38,489 nt of DNA from Chloroflexota bacterium. GTDB taxonomy: Bacteria; Chloroflexota; Limnocylindria; Limnocylindrales; CSP1-4. Numbering within the stretch: the stretch's first letter is position 1; each line of letters opens with the position of its first letter. A program made the translations under genes and the position numbers. The DNA lies in assembly GCA_025935655.1 (NCBI GenBank), contig JAICUV010000002.1, forward strand, positions 1 to 38,489, given 5' to 3'. Positions 1 to 8,920 of the stretch are shown piece by piece. The notes beneath the pieces were generated by a model, which did no database searches, was not told where the DNA came from, and saw only the letters and a list, made by a program, of their open reading frames with translations.

Positions 1-1
1 C

Positions 2-733
2 GCGACGACGATCGTGTTCCTCCACGGCACGCGCCTGTCGAGGGCCCAGTGGGCACCGCAGCTGCGCCGCCTGTCGGGCACCTACCGCTGCGTGAGCCTC
101 GACCTCCCCGGGCACGGGACGCGCGCCGACGAGCCGTTCTCGATCCCGGCCGCCACGGCCGCGGTCGCGGCCGCGATCGACGCCGAGTCGTCGTCGGGCC
201 GCGCGCTCCTCGTCGGGCTGTCGCTCGGCGGGTACATGGCCGTCGAGACCGCCGAGGCCTATCCGGAGAAGGTCCTCGGGCTGGTCCTCGCCGGCTGCTC
301 CGCCGAGCCCGTCGGCCCGAGCTCCGCGCCGTTCCGTGCCTTCGCGACGCTCATGGAGCGGCTCTCGCCGCGGGCCCTGCGCGCGCTCAACCTGGCGTTC
401 TTCCGCAGCCGGTACCGGGCGGCCATCGCCACGCCGATCATCGAGGGCGGCTTCTGGTATCCGGGTGGCGCGCGGGCGATCCGGACCCTGCTCGGCCGCC
501 GCTACATCGACCGCCTCAGCCGGCTCTGGACGCCCGTGACGATCGTGAACGGGGCGCTCGACCCGGTGTTCGGTCCGGGCGGCGACCCGTGGGCCTCCGC
601 GGCCCGCCGCGGGCGGCACGTGCTCATCCCGTGGGCGCTCCACCTGTCCAACCTGGACCGCCCGACGACGTTCTCGCGGATCGTCGCCGGCGCCGCCCGG
701 GACGCCGTCGAGTTCCCCGGCACGGCGACCTGA
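2..733 (+). CDS. alpha/beta hydrolase fold protein (5' end cut by window edge)
   Basis: The frame is open from nt 2 (ATTIVFLHG...). Motifs: FLHG, DLPGHG, nucleophile elbow GLSLGG (GxSxG), and a C-terminal His in PWALHLSN. G/C dominates third codon positions. Confidence 0.8.
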   Translation, partial: ATTIVFLHGTRLSRAQWAPQLRRLSGTYRCVSLDLPGHGTRADEPFSIPAATAAVAAAIDAESSSGRALLVGLSLGGYMAVETAEAYPEKVLGLVLAGCSAEPVGPSSAPFRAFATLMERLSPRALRALNLAFFRSRYRAAIATPIIEGGFWYPGGARAIRTLLGRRYIDRLSRLWTPVTIVNGALDPVFGPGGDPWASAARRGRHVLIPWALHLSNLDRPTTFSRIVAGAARDAVEFPGTAT

Positions 734-852
734 CCGGCGGGGTTGCCGCGCGTCCGACACGCGGCCCCGCGGCCGTCCACGACGCCTGCAAGGGCCCGAC
801 GGGGGGCCACCGGTATACTCGGCCCGACCCGATTCCCCGCCCGTGAGGTGTC

Positions 853-1731
853 ATGCGCGTCCGTAAGGCTGTCTTCCCCGCCGCCGGCTGGGGCACCCGC
901 TTCCTGCCTGCCACGAAGGCGCAGCCCAAGGAGATGCTGCCGCTGGTGGACAAGCCGGTGATCCAGTACGCGGTGGAAGAAGCCGTGGCCGCGGGCATCG
1001 AGCAGGTCATCATCGTCACCTCGTCGCAGAAGCGCGCGATCGAGGACCACTTCGACCTCAACTACGAGCTGGAGCACCTGCTCGAGGAGAAGGGCGAGAT
1101 CGAGAAGCTGCGCACCGTGCGCCACATCTCGGACCTCGCGCAGGTCGCCTACGTCCGCCAGAAGGAGCAGCTGGGCCTCGGCCACGCGGTGCTCATGGCG
1201 AAGGACCTGATCGGCCACGAGCCGTTCGCGGTCATCCTCCCCGACGACGTCGTGATCGGCGACCGGCCCTGCATCGGCCAGCTGATCCACGTCTACCAGG
1301 AGCACCACGGGTCGGTCGTCGCGGTGACCCAGGTCCCGCACGAGGAGACCGGGCGTTACGGCGTCATCGCCGGCGAGCACGTCACGGACGGCTCGGACCG
1401 GGAGCGCACGTACCGGGTGACCCAGCTGGTCGAGAAGCCGGCGCCGGAGGACGCCCCGTCGGACCTCGCCGTGATCGGCCGCTACGTGCTCACGCCCAAG
1501 ATCTTCGACAAGCTCGAGCAGACGCAGCGTGGCGCCGGGGGCGAGATCCAGCTGACCGACGCGATCCAGGCCCTGATGGACGAGCAGAGCGTGTTCGGCT
1601 ACGCCTTCGAGGGCAAGCGCTACGACGCCGGCACCACGATGGGCTGGCTCCAGGCGTCCGTTGAGCTGGCGCTCGCACGTCCGGACACCGGCGGCGAGTT
1701 CCGGGACTACCTGCGCACGCTCGACATCTGA
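853..1731 (+). CDS. galU: UTP--glucose-1-phosphate uridylyltransferase
   Basis: N-terminal AAGWGTRFLPATKAQPKEMLP nucleotidyltransferase signature plus a VEKP motif; 292 aa. GAGGTG Shine-Dalgarno sequence sits just upstream of the ATG at 853. Confidence 0.93.
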   Translation: MRVRKAVFPAAGWGTRFLPATKAQPKEMLPLVDKPVIQYAVEEAVAAGIEQVIIVTSSQKRAIEDHFDLNYELEHLLEEKGEIEKLRTVRHISDLAQVAYVRQKEQLGLGHAVLMAKDLIGHEPFAVILPDDVVIGDRPCIGQLIHVYQEHHGSVVAVTQVPHEETGRYGVIAGEHVTDGSDRERTYRVTQLVEKPAPEDAPSDLAVIGRYVLTPKIFDKLEQTQRGAGGEIQLTDAIQALMDEQSVFGYAFEGKRYDAGTTMGWLQASVELALARPDTGGEFRDYLRTLDI

Positions 1732-1840
1732 GCGGCGTGCGCCGGGCCCGGGGCTCCCGTCACGGGGTCCAGCCGGACTGGTGCGCTAGGATGCCAGCGG
1801 TCGCCGGACGCGGCCGGAGCAGAGGGGAGACACCCACACC

Positions 1841-3736
1841 GTGACCGAGATCGGGACCACGCTCGGCGGGAGATACCGCCTCGTCGAGCTGCTGGGCCAG
1901 GGCGGCATGGCCACCATCTACCGGGCGCGGGACGCCCAGCTGGACCGGGACGTCGCGGTCAAGCTCATCCGGCCCGAGTTCGGGCAGGACCCTGACTTCC
2001 TGGCCCGCTTCCGCGACGAGGCCCGCGCCGCCGCCTCGCTCAACCACCCGAACATCGTCTCCGTGTTCGACTTCGGCGAGGGCGAATCGGGCCCCTATCT
2101 CGTGATGGAGCTGGTCGAGGGCGAGGACCTCGCGTCGATCATCCGGGGCAACGGCCCGCTGGCACCGCGCCAGGCGGCCCGCGTCGCCGCCGAGGCGGCG
2201 AAGGCCCTCCAGGCCGCGCACGTCCGGGGGATCGTCCACCGCGACGTCAAGCCGTCCAACATCCTCGTGGGCCGCGACGGCCGGATCAAGGTCGCCGACT
2301 TCGGCATCGCCCGGGCCGTCGACGAGTCGCAGATCACGGTGCCCGGCGTGGCGATGGGCTCCGTCCACTACTTCAGCCCGGAGCAGGCGCGCGGCGAGCC
2401 CGCGACGGTGGCGTCCGACATCTACGCGCTGGGCATCGTCCTGTTCGAGTCGCTCACCGGCCAGCGGCCGTTCTCGGGCGACGGCGCGGCGGCGATCGCG
2501 CTCGCGCGGCTGACCACGACGCCGCCGCGCCCGTCCGCGCTGCGCCCGGGCGTCCCGCCCGAGCTCGACGCGATCGTGACCAAGGCGATGGCGCTGGACC
2601 CGGCCGCCCGCTACGCCTCCGCGGCCGCGCTCGCGAGCGCGCTCGAGGGCTACCTCTCCGACGCCGGGGCGACCGGCGCCGTCCCGACCGCCGCCGTGGC
2701 CGGCGTGGCCGCCGCCGCGACCGTGGCCGCCGCGACCGCCAGGCCGAACCCGCCCGGTGTCCCGTATCCGCCCGAGGCATACGCGCGCCCGGCCAGCGTC
2801 TCGACCATCGACGGCACGCCGCCGCCCCCGCCCGGTTCCGGCGGCCCGGGCGACGGCGAGGACGACGAGGCCGGCTCGAGCCCCTGGGCCTGGGTCGCCG
2901 GCGTGCTCGGGATCGTCGTCCTCGCGATCATCGGCTTCCTGCTGTTCCGGCTGCTGACCGGGGGACCCGGGAGCGACTCGCCGTCACCGTCGATCGAGCC
3001 GAGCGCGTCCGCGGAGACCGTCACGGTCCCGCGCTTCGTGGACCAGCTCATCGACGACGCCCAGACGCAGGCGGGTGACATCGGCCTGGAGCTCATCATC
3101 TCGGGCACCGAGGAGTCCGCCGACAAGGAGGCCGGGACGATCCTGAGCCAGGACCCGGCCGAGGGCGCGATCGTCGCCGTCCCGTCGCAGGTGCGCGTCA
3201 TCGTCGCCCGCGGCCCGGCGCAGGTCGCCGTCCCGGACCTCCGGGCGAAGGCCGAGGCCGAGGCCGTCCAGCAGCTCGTGACGGCGCAGCTCGCCGTCGG
3301 CGCGCGGACGGAGGCGTTCGACCCCAACATCCCGATCGGCGCGATCGTGAGCACCAACCCCGGAGCCGGCGTCATCGTCGCGCCCGGGACGCCGATCGAC
3401 TACGTGGTCTCGAAGGGCCCCGAGCCGACGCCCACGCCCACCCCGACGCCGACTCCGACCCCCACCCCGACGCCGACTCCGACCCCGACCCCGACGCCGG
3501 CGCCCAAGAACGTGGGCGACTACCGGTGCCAGACGCTCGAGGTGGCGACGACGAACATCGATGTCGACGAGTTCTCGCTCGGCGAGGTCGTCGCCTCGTC
3601 CTCGGGCACGTACGACAACAGCTGGATCGTCGTCGACCAGAGCCCGAGCCCCGGCACGAAGGCGGACGTCGGCGCTCCGATCGACCTCACGGTCGGCGAC
3701 CCGGCCGACCCGGCGACCAGCGCGATCTGCCCCTGA
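1841..3736 (+). CDS. pknB: Ser/Thr protein kinase with extracellular PASTA repeats (PknB-like)
   Basis: Hanks kinase motifs GQGGMATIY, VAVK, HRDVKPSNIL, DFGIA and SPEQ. One TM helix (WAWVAGVLGIVVLAIIGFLLF). Two PASTA-like units, then a PT linker and a third PASTA-like unit. GTG start with AGGGGAG upstream. Confidence 0.9.
   Translation: MTEIGTTLGGRYRLVELLGQGGMATIYRARDAQLDRDVAVKLIRPEFGQDPDFLARFRDEARAAASLNHPNIVSVFDFGEGESGPYLVMELVEGEDLASIIRGNGPLAPRQAARVAAEAAKALQAAHVRGIVHRDVKPSNILVGRDGRIKVADFGIARAVDESQITVPGVAMGSVHYFSPEQARGEPATVASDIYALGIVLFESLTGQRPFSGDGAAAIALARLTTTPPRPSALRPGVPPELDAIVTKAMALDPAARYASAAALASALEGYLSDAGATGAVPTAAVAGVAAAATVAAATARPNPPGVPYPPEAYARPASVSTIDGTPPPPPGSGGPGDGEDDEAGSSPWAWVAGVLGIVVLAIIGFLLFRLLTGGPGSDSPSPSIEPSASAETVTVPRFVDQLIDDAQTQAGDIGLELIISGTEESADKEAGTILSQDPAEGAIVAVPSQVRVIVARGPAQVAVPDLRAKAEAEAVQQLVTAQLAVGARTEAFDPNIPIGAIVSTNPGAGVIVAPGTPIDYVVSKGPEPTPTPTPTPTPTPTPTPTPTPTPTPAPKNVGDYRCQTLEVATTNIDVDEFSLGEVVASSSGTYDNSWIVVDQSPSPGTKADVGAPIDLTVGDPADPATSAICP
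3425..3496 (+). repeat. In-frame (Pro-Thr)12 hexanucleotide repeat containing a perfect 24-bp tandem duplication
   Basis: Twelve consecutive CCN-ACN units. The 24-mer cccaccccgacgccgactccgacc occurs twice in tandem (3437-3460 and 3461-3484). Confidence 0.95.
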
Positions 3737-3745
3737 CGGCCGGGC

Positions 3746-4174
3746 CTACGGCTCCTGGTCGCCCCACAGGGACCACGCGATCGACGGTCGCGCCGCAGGC
3801 GCCGGCGCGACGACTGGTGGTGGCTCGGGCGGCGGCGCGGCGGTGAGCTCGTCGACCGGGACGAACGTCCGGGGCCGCCGGGTGCCGCCGTCTCCGGCGT
3901 GCCCGGTCAGCTGGACGACCGTCCGACCCGGCACCGCCTCCTCGACGGGGTCGGGCGCGGCCCAGCATGCCCGCATCTCCACGCCGGTCAGGGCGACGCG
4001 CCGGGGATCGAGGCCGCACATCCCGAGGCCGCTGGCGACGCCACGCCGGAAGTTGCGACAGGTGGCGCACGAGGTGGTCGAGCGTCGGCAGACCCAGCAC
4101 CGCGCCGTCTCCGCCTGCGGCGTCGAGCAATGGGGACAGCGCCACACCGGCATGCGCGGATCGTAGCTGCGCAT
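3746..4174 (-). CDS. hypothetical Cys-rich zinc-ribbon-like protein
   Basis: This is the C-terminal part of the 799-aa shadow ORF: MRSYDPRMPVWRCPHCSTPQAETARCWVCRRSTTSCATCRNF... It has paired CxxC motifs, a varied amino-acid composition and G/C-rich third positions. ATG at 4174; alternative ATG at 4153. Confidence 0.55.
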   Translation of the reverse strand: MRSYDPRMPVWRCPHCSTPQAETARCWVCRRSTTSCATCRNFRRGVASGLGMCGLDPRRVALTGVEMRACWAAPDPVEEAVPGRTVVQLTGHAGDGGTRRPRTFVPVDELTAAPPPEPPPVVAPAPAARPSIAWSLWGDQEP

Positions 4175-4221
4175 CGACCGGGTGTCGAGCGGTTTCCCGC
4201 CGCCTTCGAACGCCCGATCGA

Positions 4222-5439
4222 CTAGCGGACGGTCAGGACCTGGCGGTCGGTCTTCTGGCCGTAGCTGTCCGTCGTCACGAGGACGGACGCGAGCCCGGAC
4301 CCGGGGAGGGCGCCCTTCGGGATCCTCGTCGTGAACGTGGCCGCGCCGCTCTGGCTGGTGGGCAGCTCGTTGGAGACGATGGCCTCCAGGCCCGGCACGG
4401 TGACGGTGAACAGCGCGACCGCGCCTGCGACGCGTCGGCCGTCCGGGTCGCTCACGACGACCGTGAACGTGACGGTCCTCGGGAGCCGCTTCGCCGTGAA
4501 CCGGTATGCCGTGCCCGTGAGCGTCACCTGCAGGTCGCCCGAGCCCTTGCGGACCGTGATCGTCTCGGTGTTGGGGTTGCCGGCCGGATCCGTGGCCGTG
4601 ATCGTGATGCTGTTGATCCCCGAGCTGACGTTCACCTTGCCCTCGAACAGGCCGTCCTTGCCCGCCTCGACCGTGACCACGTCGCCGTTCAGCTCGTTCC
4701 GGATCCGGACGGTGCTCCGGGCCTGCGTCTTGCCCTTGACGGTGATCGCGTCCCGGGAGGTGGCGGAGCTGGCCTTGGGTGAGGAGATGGTGATCTTGGG
4801 GCGCGACTGGTCCAGGACCCAGGTCGCGACGGGCGACAGCTCGCCCTCGCCGCCGGGGCCGTTGATCGACGCCTGGAAGTCGTTGCGCCCCTTCGCCAGC
4901 TCGACCTCGGGGATCACGAGCACCGACGTCGGCCCGACGGGTACCTCGTTCATCAGCGCGGGCTGCTTGTCGGGGAGCGTCACCCACAGCCGAACGGTGT
5001 AGCCGTCCTTGCCGACCCACGCCGCGGGCACGTTGACGGTGATGTCGACGACGTCGTCGTTCGTGTAGGCCTCGTCCGGGCTGACGATCGTCGGTGCGTC
5101 GGCGATCGCGGGCGCCTGGGTCGCGTCCGGGCTCGCGACGACGTTGCCGATGGAGCTCACGACGTTGCCGAGCCCCTTGACCGCGTTGTCGACGAGCGGT
5201 CCGACCGCGCCGCTCGCGACCCACAGGATGCCGAGGGAGAGCAGCACCACCGACGCCGCCATCGCGGCCTTGACGGGCAGCGGGAGGGCGCGCCGGCGCT
5301 CGATGCGCTGGTATCGCGCGAGGCGCGTGGGAGACGGCTGCACCGGGCGGGTCCTGGTGGGGTTCGCTCGGCCGGTCGAGGCGGGACGGGGGCGGACCTG
5401 CGGCGGCCGTCCCCCGGATCGGGAGTCCACGGCGCGCAT
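4222..5439 (-). CDS. membrane-anchored protein with tandem bacterial Ig-like domains
   Basis: Basic N-terminus, then a TM helix (AAMAASVVLLSLGILWVASGAV), then beta-rich repeats of the Ig-like type (ITISSP...TVKGKT...GINSITITATDPAGN). Start set at the internal ATG 5439. No clear SD, so the start is uncertain. Confidence 0.6.
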   Translation of the reverse strand: MRAVDSRSGGRPPQVRPRPASTGRANPTRTRPVQPSPTRLARYQRIERRRALPLPVKAAMAASVVLLSLGILWVASGAVGPLVDNAVKGLGNVVSSIGNVVASPDATQAPAIADAPTIVSPDEAYTNDDVVDITVNVPAAWVGKDGYTVRLWVTLPDKQPALMNEVPVGPTSVLVIPEVELAKGRNDFQASINGPGGEGELSPVATWVLDQSRPKITISSPKASSATSRDAITVKGKTQARSTVRIRNELNGDVVTVEAGKDGLFEGKVNVSSGINSITITATDPAGNPNTETITVRKGSGDLQVTLTGTAYRFTAKRLPRTVTFTVVVSDPDGRRVAGAVALFTVTVPGLEAIVSNELPTSQSGAATFTTRIPKGALPGSGLASVLVTTDSYGQKTDRQVLTVR

Positions 5440-5608
5440 TGTCGCATGGCACGCCCGCGAGGCACGTGCACCCGGACCCGCCCGGCTGCCCGCGGGTGAC
5501 GCATGTTTGACTGCAACGGCCCCAACCGCGGCCCGTGCCCGGTGATACGCTCCCGGTGCGTCCGTGGCACCCCTGCAGAGTGCCCGAGGACGCGACTGCG
5601 AGTGAGGG

Positions 5609-6121
5609 ATGGAGGCCCGAGACCGGAGGCCGGTGAGACCGACCCCGGGCGATCGCGGTTCGTGGAGCCACGGACCCATCGCCCGCGTGCAACCGCGCGC
5701 CGGAGGCGCCGCGGATCCTGAGCCGGAGCCCGCGCAGGCGGCGCCGCCGCCCCAGCAGCAGGCGAGCCGCTACGCGACCGCGCCGGCGCCGGCGCGCCGG
5801 CCTCCGTACCCGCCGTATCGGCCGCTGCGCCAGCCGCTCCCCCAGGCCGGTCGCCCGCTCGTCCCGCCCGCCCGTGGCGGCTTCGGGCTCCCGTCCCTGC
5901 GCCGGAACGTCTGCCCGCACTTCTACATGACCGGCACCCGCGGGGCGATCCCCATCCAGGCGCCCCATCTCCTCAAGGGCCTGCTCCGGCAGCCCAGCAA
6001 TGTCTCTCGCTGCCAGCTGCGCGGCGGCGTCCACCTCGACGAGGGCTACGTCAACGACGTCTGCCTCACGCCCCGGTTCAACCAGTGCGTGTTCTACGAG
6101 GACGAGCTCACCAAGGAGTGA
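5609..6121 (+). CDS. hypothetical Pro-rich protein with a C-terminal 4-Cys domain
   Basis: The C-terminal 70 aa (VCPHFYMTG...CQLRGGVHLDEGYVNDVCLTPRFNQCVFYEDELTKE) has protein-like composition and strong G/C at third positions. The stop is 4 nt before the folC ATG. The N-terminus is uncertain (ATG 5609 or GTG 5687). Confidence 0.45.
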   Translation: MEARDRRPVRPTPGDRGSWSHGPIARVQPRAGGAADPEPEPAQAAPPPQQQASRYATAPAPARRPPYPPYRPLRQPLPQAGRPLVPPARGGFGLPSLRRNVCPHFYMTGTRGAIPIQAPHLLKGLLRQPSNVSRCQLRGGVHLDEGYVNDVCLTPRFNQCVFYEDELTKE

Positions 6122-6125
6122 GCGG

Positions 6126-7472
6126 ATGAGCGGGCCGGGCCTCACCTACGCCGAGGCGCTCGCCGCCATCGAGACCCGGGGTCGCTACGGCATCCGGCTG
6201 GGCCTGGGCCGCGTGCGCGCGTTGCTGCGCGAGCTCGGGAATCCGCAGCTCGGTGTCCGCGGCGCGCTCGTCGCCGGGACGAACGGCAAGGGCTCGGTCA
6301 TCGCGCTGGCGAGCTCCGCGCTCCGGGCGGCCGGGTATCGCGTGGGGGAGACGCCCAAGCCCCACCTGGTGACGTATCGCGAGCGCATCGTGGTGGACGG
6401 ACGGCCGATCGAGCCCGCGGCCTTCGCCTCCCTCGTGGGCGAGGTGCTGCCGCTCACGGACCGGGTCGCACGGCGGCGGGGGCCGCCGACGGAGTTCGAG
6501 CTGCTGACCGCCGTGATGTTCCTGCACTTCGCGCGCTCCGGGCTCGACCTCGCGCTCGTCGAGGTGGGCCTCGGCGGGCGGCTGGACGCGACGAACGCGT
6601 GGGACGGCGGCGTGGCCGCGCTGACCAATGTGGGCATGGACCACATGGCGCAGCTCGGCCCGACGATCGGGGCGATCGCGCGCGAGAAGGTGCAGATCGT
6701 GAAGCGCGGCGACCTCGCGGTCACCGGCGCGGACGGTGGGGCGCTCGCGATCATGCGCCGTCGATGCAAGCGTCTGGACGTGCCGCTCGAGGTCGCGCCG
6801 CCGGCGCCGATCCTGGGCTGGACGCGCGACGCGCTGCGCGTGGACCTGCCGGGCCTGGGCCCGGTGGACGTCGGGCTGCGCGGCCGGCACCAGGCCGCGA
6901 ACGTGGCGGTCGTGGAGGCGCTGCTCGACGCGCTCGGGTCCGTGGGGCTCGCCTCCGTGCCGGCGGACGCCCGACGACGCGGATACGCGGACGCCCGCTG
7001 GCCGGGGCGCCTGGAGCTCGTGGAGGCGGCCGGGCGCGAGGTGCTGCTCGACGGCGCGCACAACGAGGACGGGGCGCGGGCGCTGGCCCAGGCGCTGGAC
7101 GACCTCAGGCCGCATCTCGCCGGAGGCCCGCTCACCGTCGTCTGGGCGTCGATGGCCGACAAGGACGTGGCCGCGACCCTGCGCGCGGTCACGGCCACGC
7201 CGACGCTCGATGACGCGAGTGTCATCGCGACCGCCGTGGACGTCCCCCGCGCGCTCCTGCCCGACGCGCTCGCAGCCGCCTGGCGCGAGGCCGCGCGCGA
7301 GACCGGCCGCCGGCTCGACGTCCGCACCGCCCCCACGCCCGAGGCCGCCCTGGACGCGGCCCTCGCCACCGCGGCGGGGCCCGTCGTCGTCGCGGGCTCG
7401 CTGTACCTCGTGGGCGAGGTGCGCGCGCGGCTGGTCGACGACCCGCTCCTGCGCGATCCTGTACCGGCATGA
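6126..7472 (+). CDS. folC: bifunctional folylpolyglutamate synthase / dihydrofolate synthase
   Basis: Mur-ligase P-loop GTNGKGS, DGAHN motif, about 448 aa. AAGGAG SD lies 8 nt upstream of ATG 6126. The longer ORF-track start at 6000 overlaps the upstream gene and is rejected. Confidence 0.9.
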   Translation: MSGPGLTYAEALAAIETRGRYGIRLGLGRVRALLRELGNPQLGVRGALVAGTNGKGSVIALASSALRAAGYRVGETPKPHLVTYRERIVVDGRPIEPAAFASLVGEVLPLTDRVARRRGPPTEFELLTAVMFLHFARSGLDLALVEVGLGGRLDATNAWDGGVAALTNVGMDHMAQLGPTIGAIAREKVQIVKRGDLAVTGADGGALAIMRRRCKRLDVPLEVAPPAPILGWTRDALRVDLPGLGPVDVGLRGRHQAANVAVVEALLDALGSVGLASVPADARRRGYADARWPGRLELVEAAGREVLLDGAHNEDGARALAQALDDLRPHLAGGPLTVVWASMADKDVAATLRAVTATPTLDDASVIATAVDVPRALLPDALAAAWREAARETGRRLDVRTAPTPEAALDAALATAAGPVVVAGSLYLVGEVRARLVDDPLLRDPVPA

Positions 7473-8476
7473 CCGACGACGGCCGCCCCGCTTCAGCGCC
7501 CGACCGACGCCTCCCCAGCGAGCGCGGCGTGGTGGCGGAGCGCCCGGAGCTGGGCGGCGGCGCGGCGACCGCGTCGTTCGCACTCCCCGATGACGCGGGC
7601 GACGGCCTGCCGGGCGCCCCCGCGCCGCTCGCCGTGGGGCCGGTCACGTTCCACTGGGGCAGCCGCACGTTCGTGATGGGCGTCCTCAACGTGACGCCGG
7701 ACTCGTTCTCGGGCGACGGGCTGCTGGCCGCGGACGACCCGGTCGCCGCGGCGGTCCGCCAGGCGGAGGCGATGGTCGCCGAGGGCGCGGACATCCTCGA
7801 CATCGGCGGCGCATCGAGCCGGCCCGGCCACGCGACGCTCGACCCGGCGGAGGAGACCGACCGCGTACTCCCCGTCCTCCGCGCCGTCGCCGCCGCGCTG
7901 CCCGGGACCCCGCTGTCCATCGACACCACCAGCCCCGCCGTCGCCGCGGCGGCGCTCGACGCGGGCGCCCACCTGCTCAACGACATCTGGGGCGTCGCGG
8001 ACGACGACCGGATGCTCCGCCTCGCCGCGTCCCGCGGCGTCCCGATCGTCTTGATGCACAACCGCGCGGAAGCCCGCTACCGGAACCTCGTGCCGGAGGT
8101 CGTCGCGGACCTCCAGCGCGCGATGGAGCGCGCCCTCGACGCCGGCGTCCCGTGGGACCACCTCGTCGTGGACCCGGGCTTCGGCTTCGGCAAGACGCCC
8201 GACCACAACCTGGCGCTGCTGGGCGACCTGGCGGCGATCGGGCTGCTGGGCCGCCCGATCCTGCTCGGGACGTCGCGCAAGTCGACGCTGGGCAAGGTGC
8301 TCGACCTGCCGCCGGGCGAGCGAGTCGAGGCGACCACGGCCACCACGGCACTCGCCATCGCCGCGGGCGTGGACATGGTCCGCGTCCATGACGTCCGCGA
8401 GAACGTCCGTGTCGCCCGCGTCTCTGACGCGGTCGTCCGCGGCTGGCGCCCCGACGGATGGGAGACGACCCGATGA
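7469..8476 (+). CDS. folP: dihydropteroate synthase
   Basis: Motifs VMGVLNVTPDSFSGDG, DIGGASSRPG, GTSRKS. ATG 7469 overlaps the folC stop (ATGA). That start gives an unusually long N-terminal extension of about 60 aa; GTG near 7634 is an alternative. Confidence 0.88.
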   Translation: MTDDGRPASAPDRRLPSERGVVAERPELGGGAATASFALPDDAGDGLPGAPAPLAVGPVTFHWGSRTFVMGVLNVTPDSFSGDGLLAADDPVAAAVRQAEAMVAEGADILDIGGASSRPGHATLDPAEETDRVLPVLRAVAAALPGTPLSIDTTSPAVAAAALDAGAHLLNDIWGVADDDRMLRLAASRGVPIVLMHNRAEARYRNLVPEVVADLQRAMERALDAGVPWDHLVVDPGFGFGKTPDHNLALLGDLAAIGLLGRPILLGTSRKSTLGKVLDLPPGERVEATTATTALAIAAGVDMVRVHDVRENVRVARVSDAVVRGWRPDGWETTR

Positions 8477-8841
8477 CCGACCGCATCGTGATCGAGGGGA
8501 TGGTGTTCCAGGGCATCCACGGCGTCCACGAGCACGAGCAGCTGGCACCGCAGCCGTTCGAGGTGGACGTGGAGCTGGCGCTCAACCTCCAGCCTGCCGG
8601 GCTGTCCGACGACCTCGCCCTGACCGCGGACTACAGCCGGGTGTTCGAGACCTGCCGGCAGATCGTGGAGTCGACCCGGTTCAGCCTCATCGAGGCGCTC
8701 GCGGAGGCCATCGCGCAGGAGATCCTCGCCGGCTTCCCCGCGGACGAGGTGACGGTCAGGATCCGCAAGCCCGCGGTGGACCTCGGCGGCACGTTCCGCG
8801 CGGTGGGCATCGAGATCCGGCGCCGCCCGCCCGGCCGCTAG
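8473..8841 (+). CDS. folB: dihydroneopterin aldolase
   Basis: DRIVIEGMVFQGIHGVHEHEQLAPQPFEVDVEL is typical of FolB; about 122 aa. ATG 8473 overlaps the folP stop (ATGA). ATG 8458 is the alternative. Confidence 0.85.
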   Translation: MTDRIVIEGMVFQGIHGVHEHEQLAPQPFEVDVELALNLQPAGLSDDLALTADYSRVFETCRQIVESTRFSLIEALAEAIAQEILAGFPADEVTVRIRKPAVDLGGTFRAVGIEIRRRPPGR

Positions 8842-8855
8842 CGCCGGGGACGCGA

Positions 8856-8885
8856 ACGCGCCGCCCGGACACCCGGACGGCGCGT
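8856..8885. terminator. GC-rich hairpin between the convergent folB and htrA genes
   Basis: A 13-position stem with one mismatch (acgcgccgcccgg / ccggacggcgcgt) and a 4-nt loop, located between two stop codons. No clean U-tract. Confidence 0.4.
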
Positions 8886-8920
8886 CGATGGATGCGGGCG
8901 GGCCCAGCGCCCGCGGGTGG

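Noticed and set aside
3425-3496. Tandem repeat as a possible CRISPR or VNTR locus
   Set aside because: The unit is 6 nt, in frame, and lies inside the kinase gene, where it encodes a Pro-Thr linker. There is no spacer structure. It is kept only as an intragenic repeat.
3746-6145. 799-aa minus-strand ORF, the longest ORF in this region
   Set aside because: Only its C-terminal 142 aa look protein-like. The rest is Arg/Gly/Asp/Pro-rich sequence of the kind produced by out-of-frame or antisense reading of GC-rich genes. It overlaps better-supported genes (the Ig-like protein in another minus frame, and the plus-strand 4-Cys ORF).
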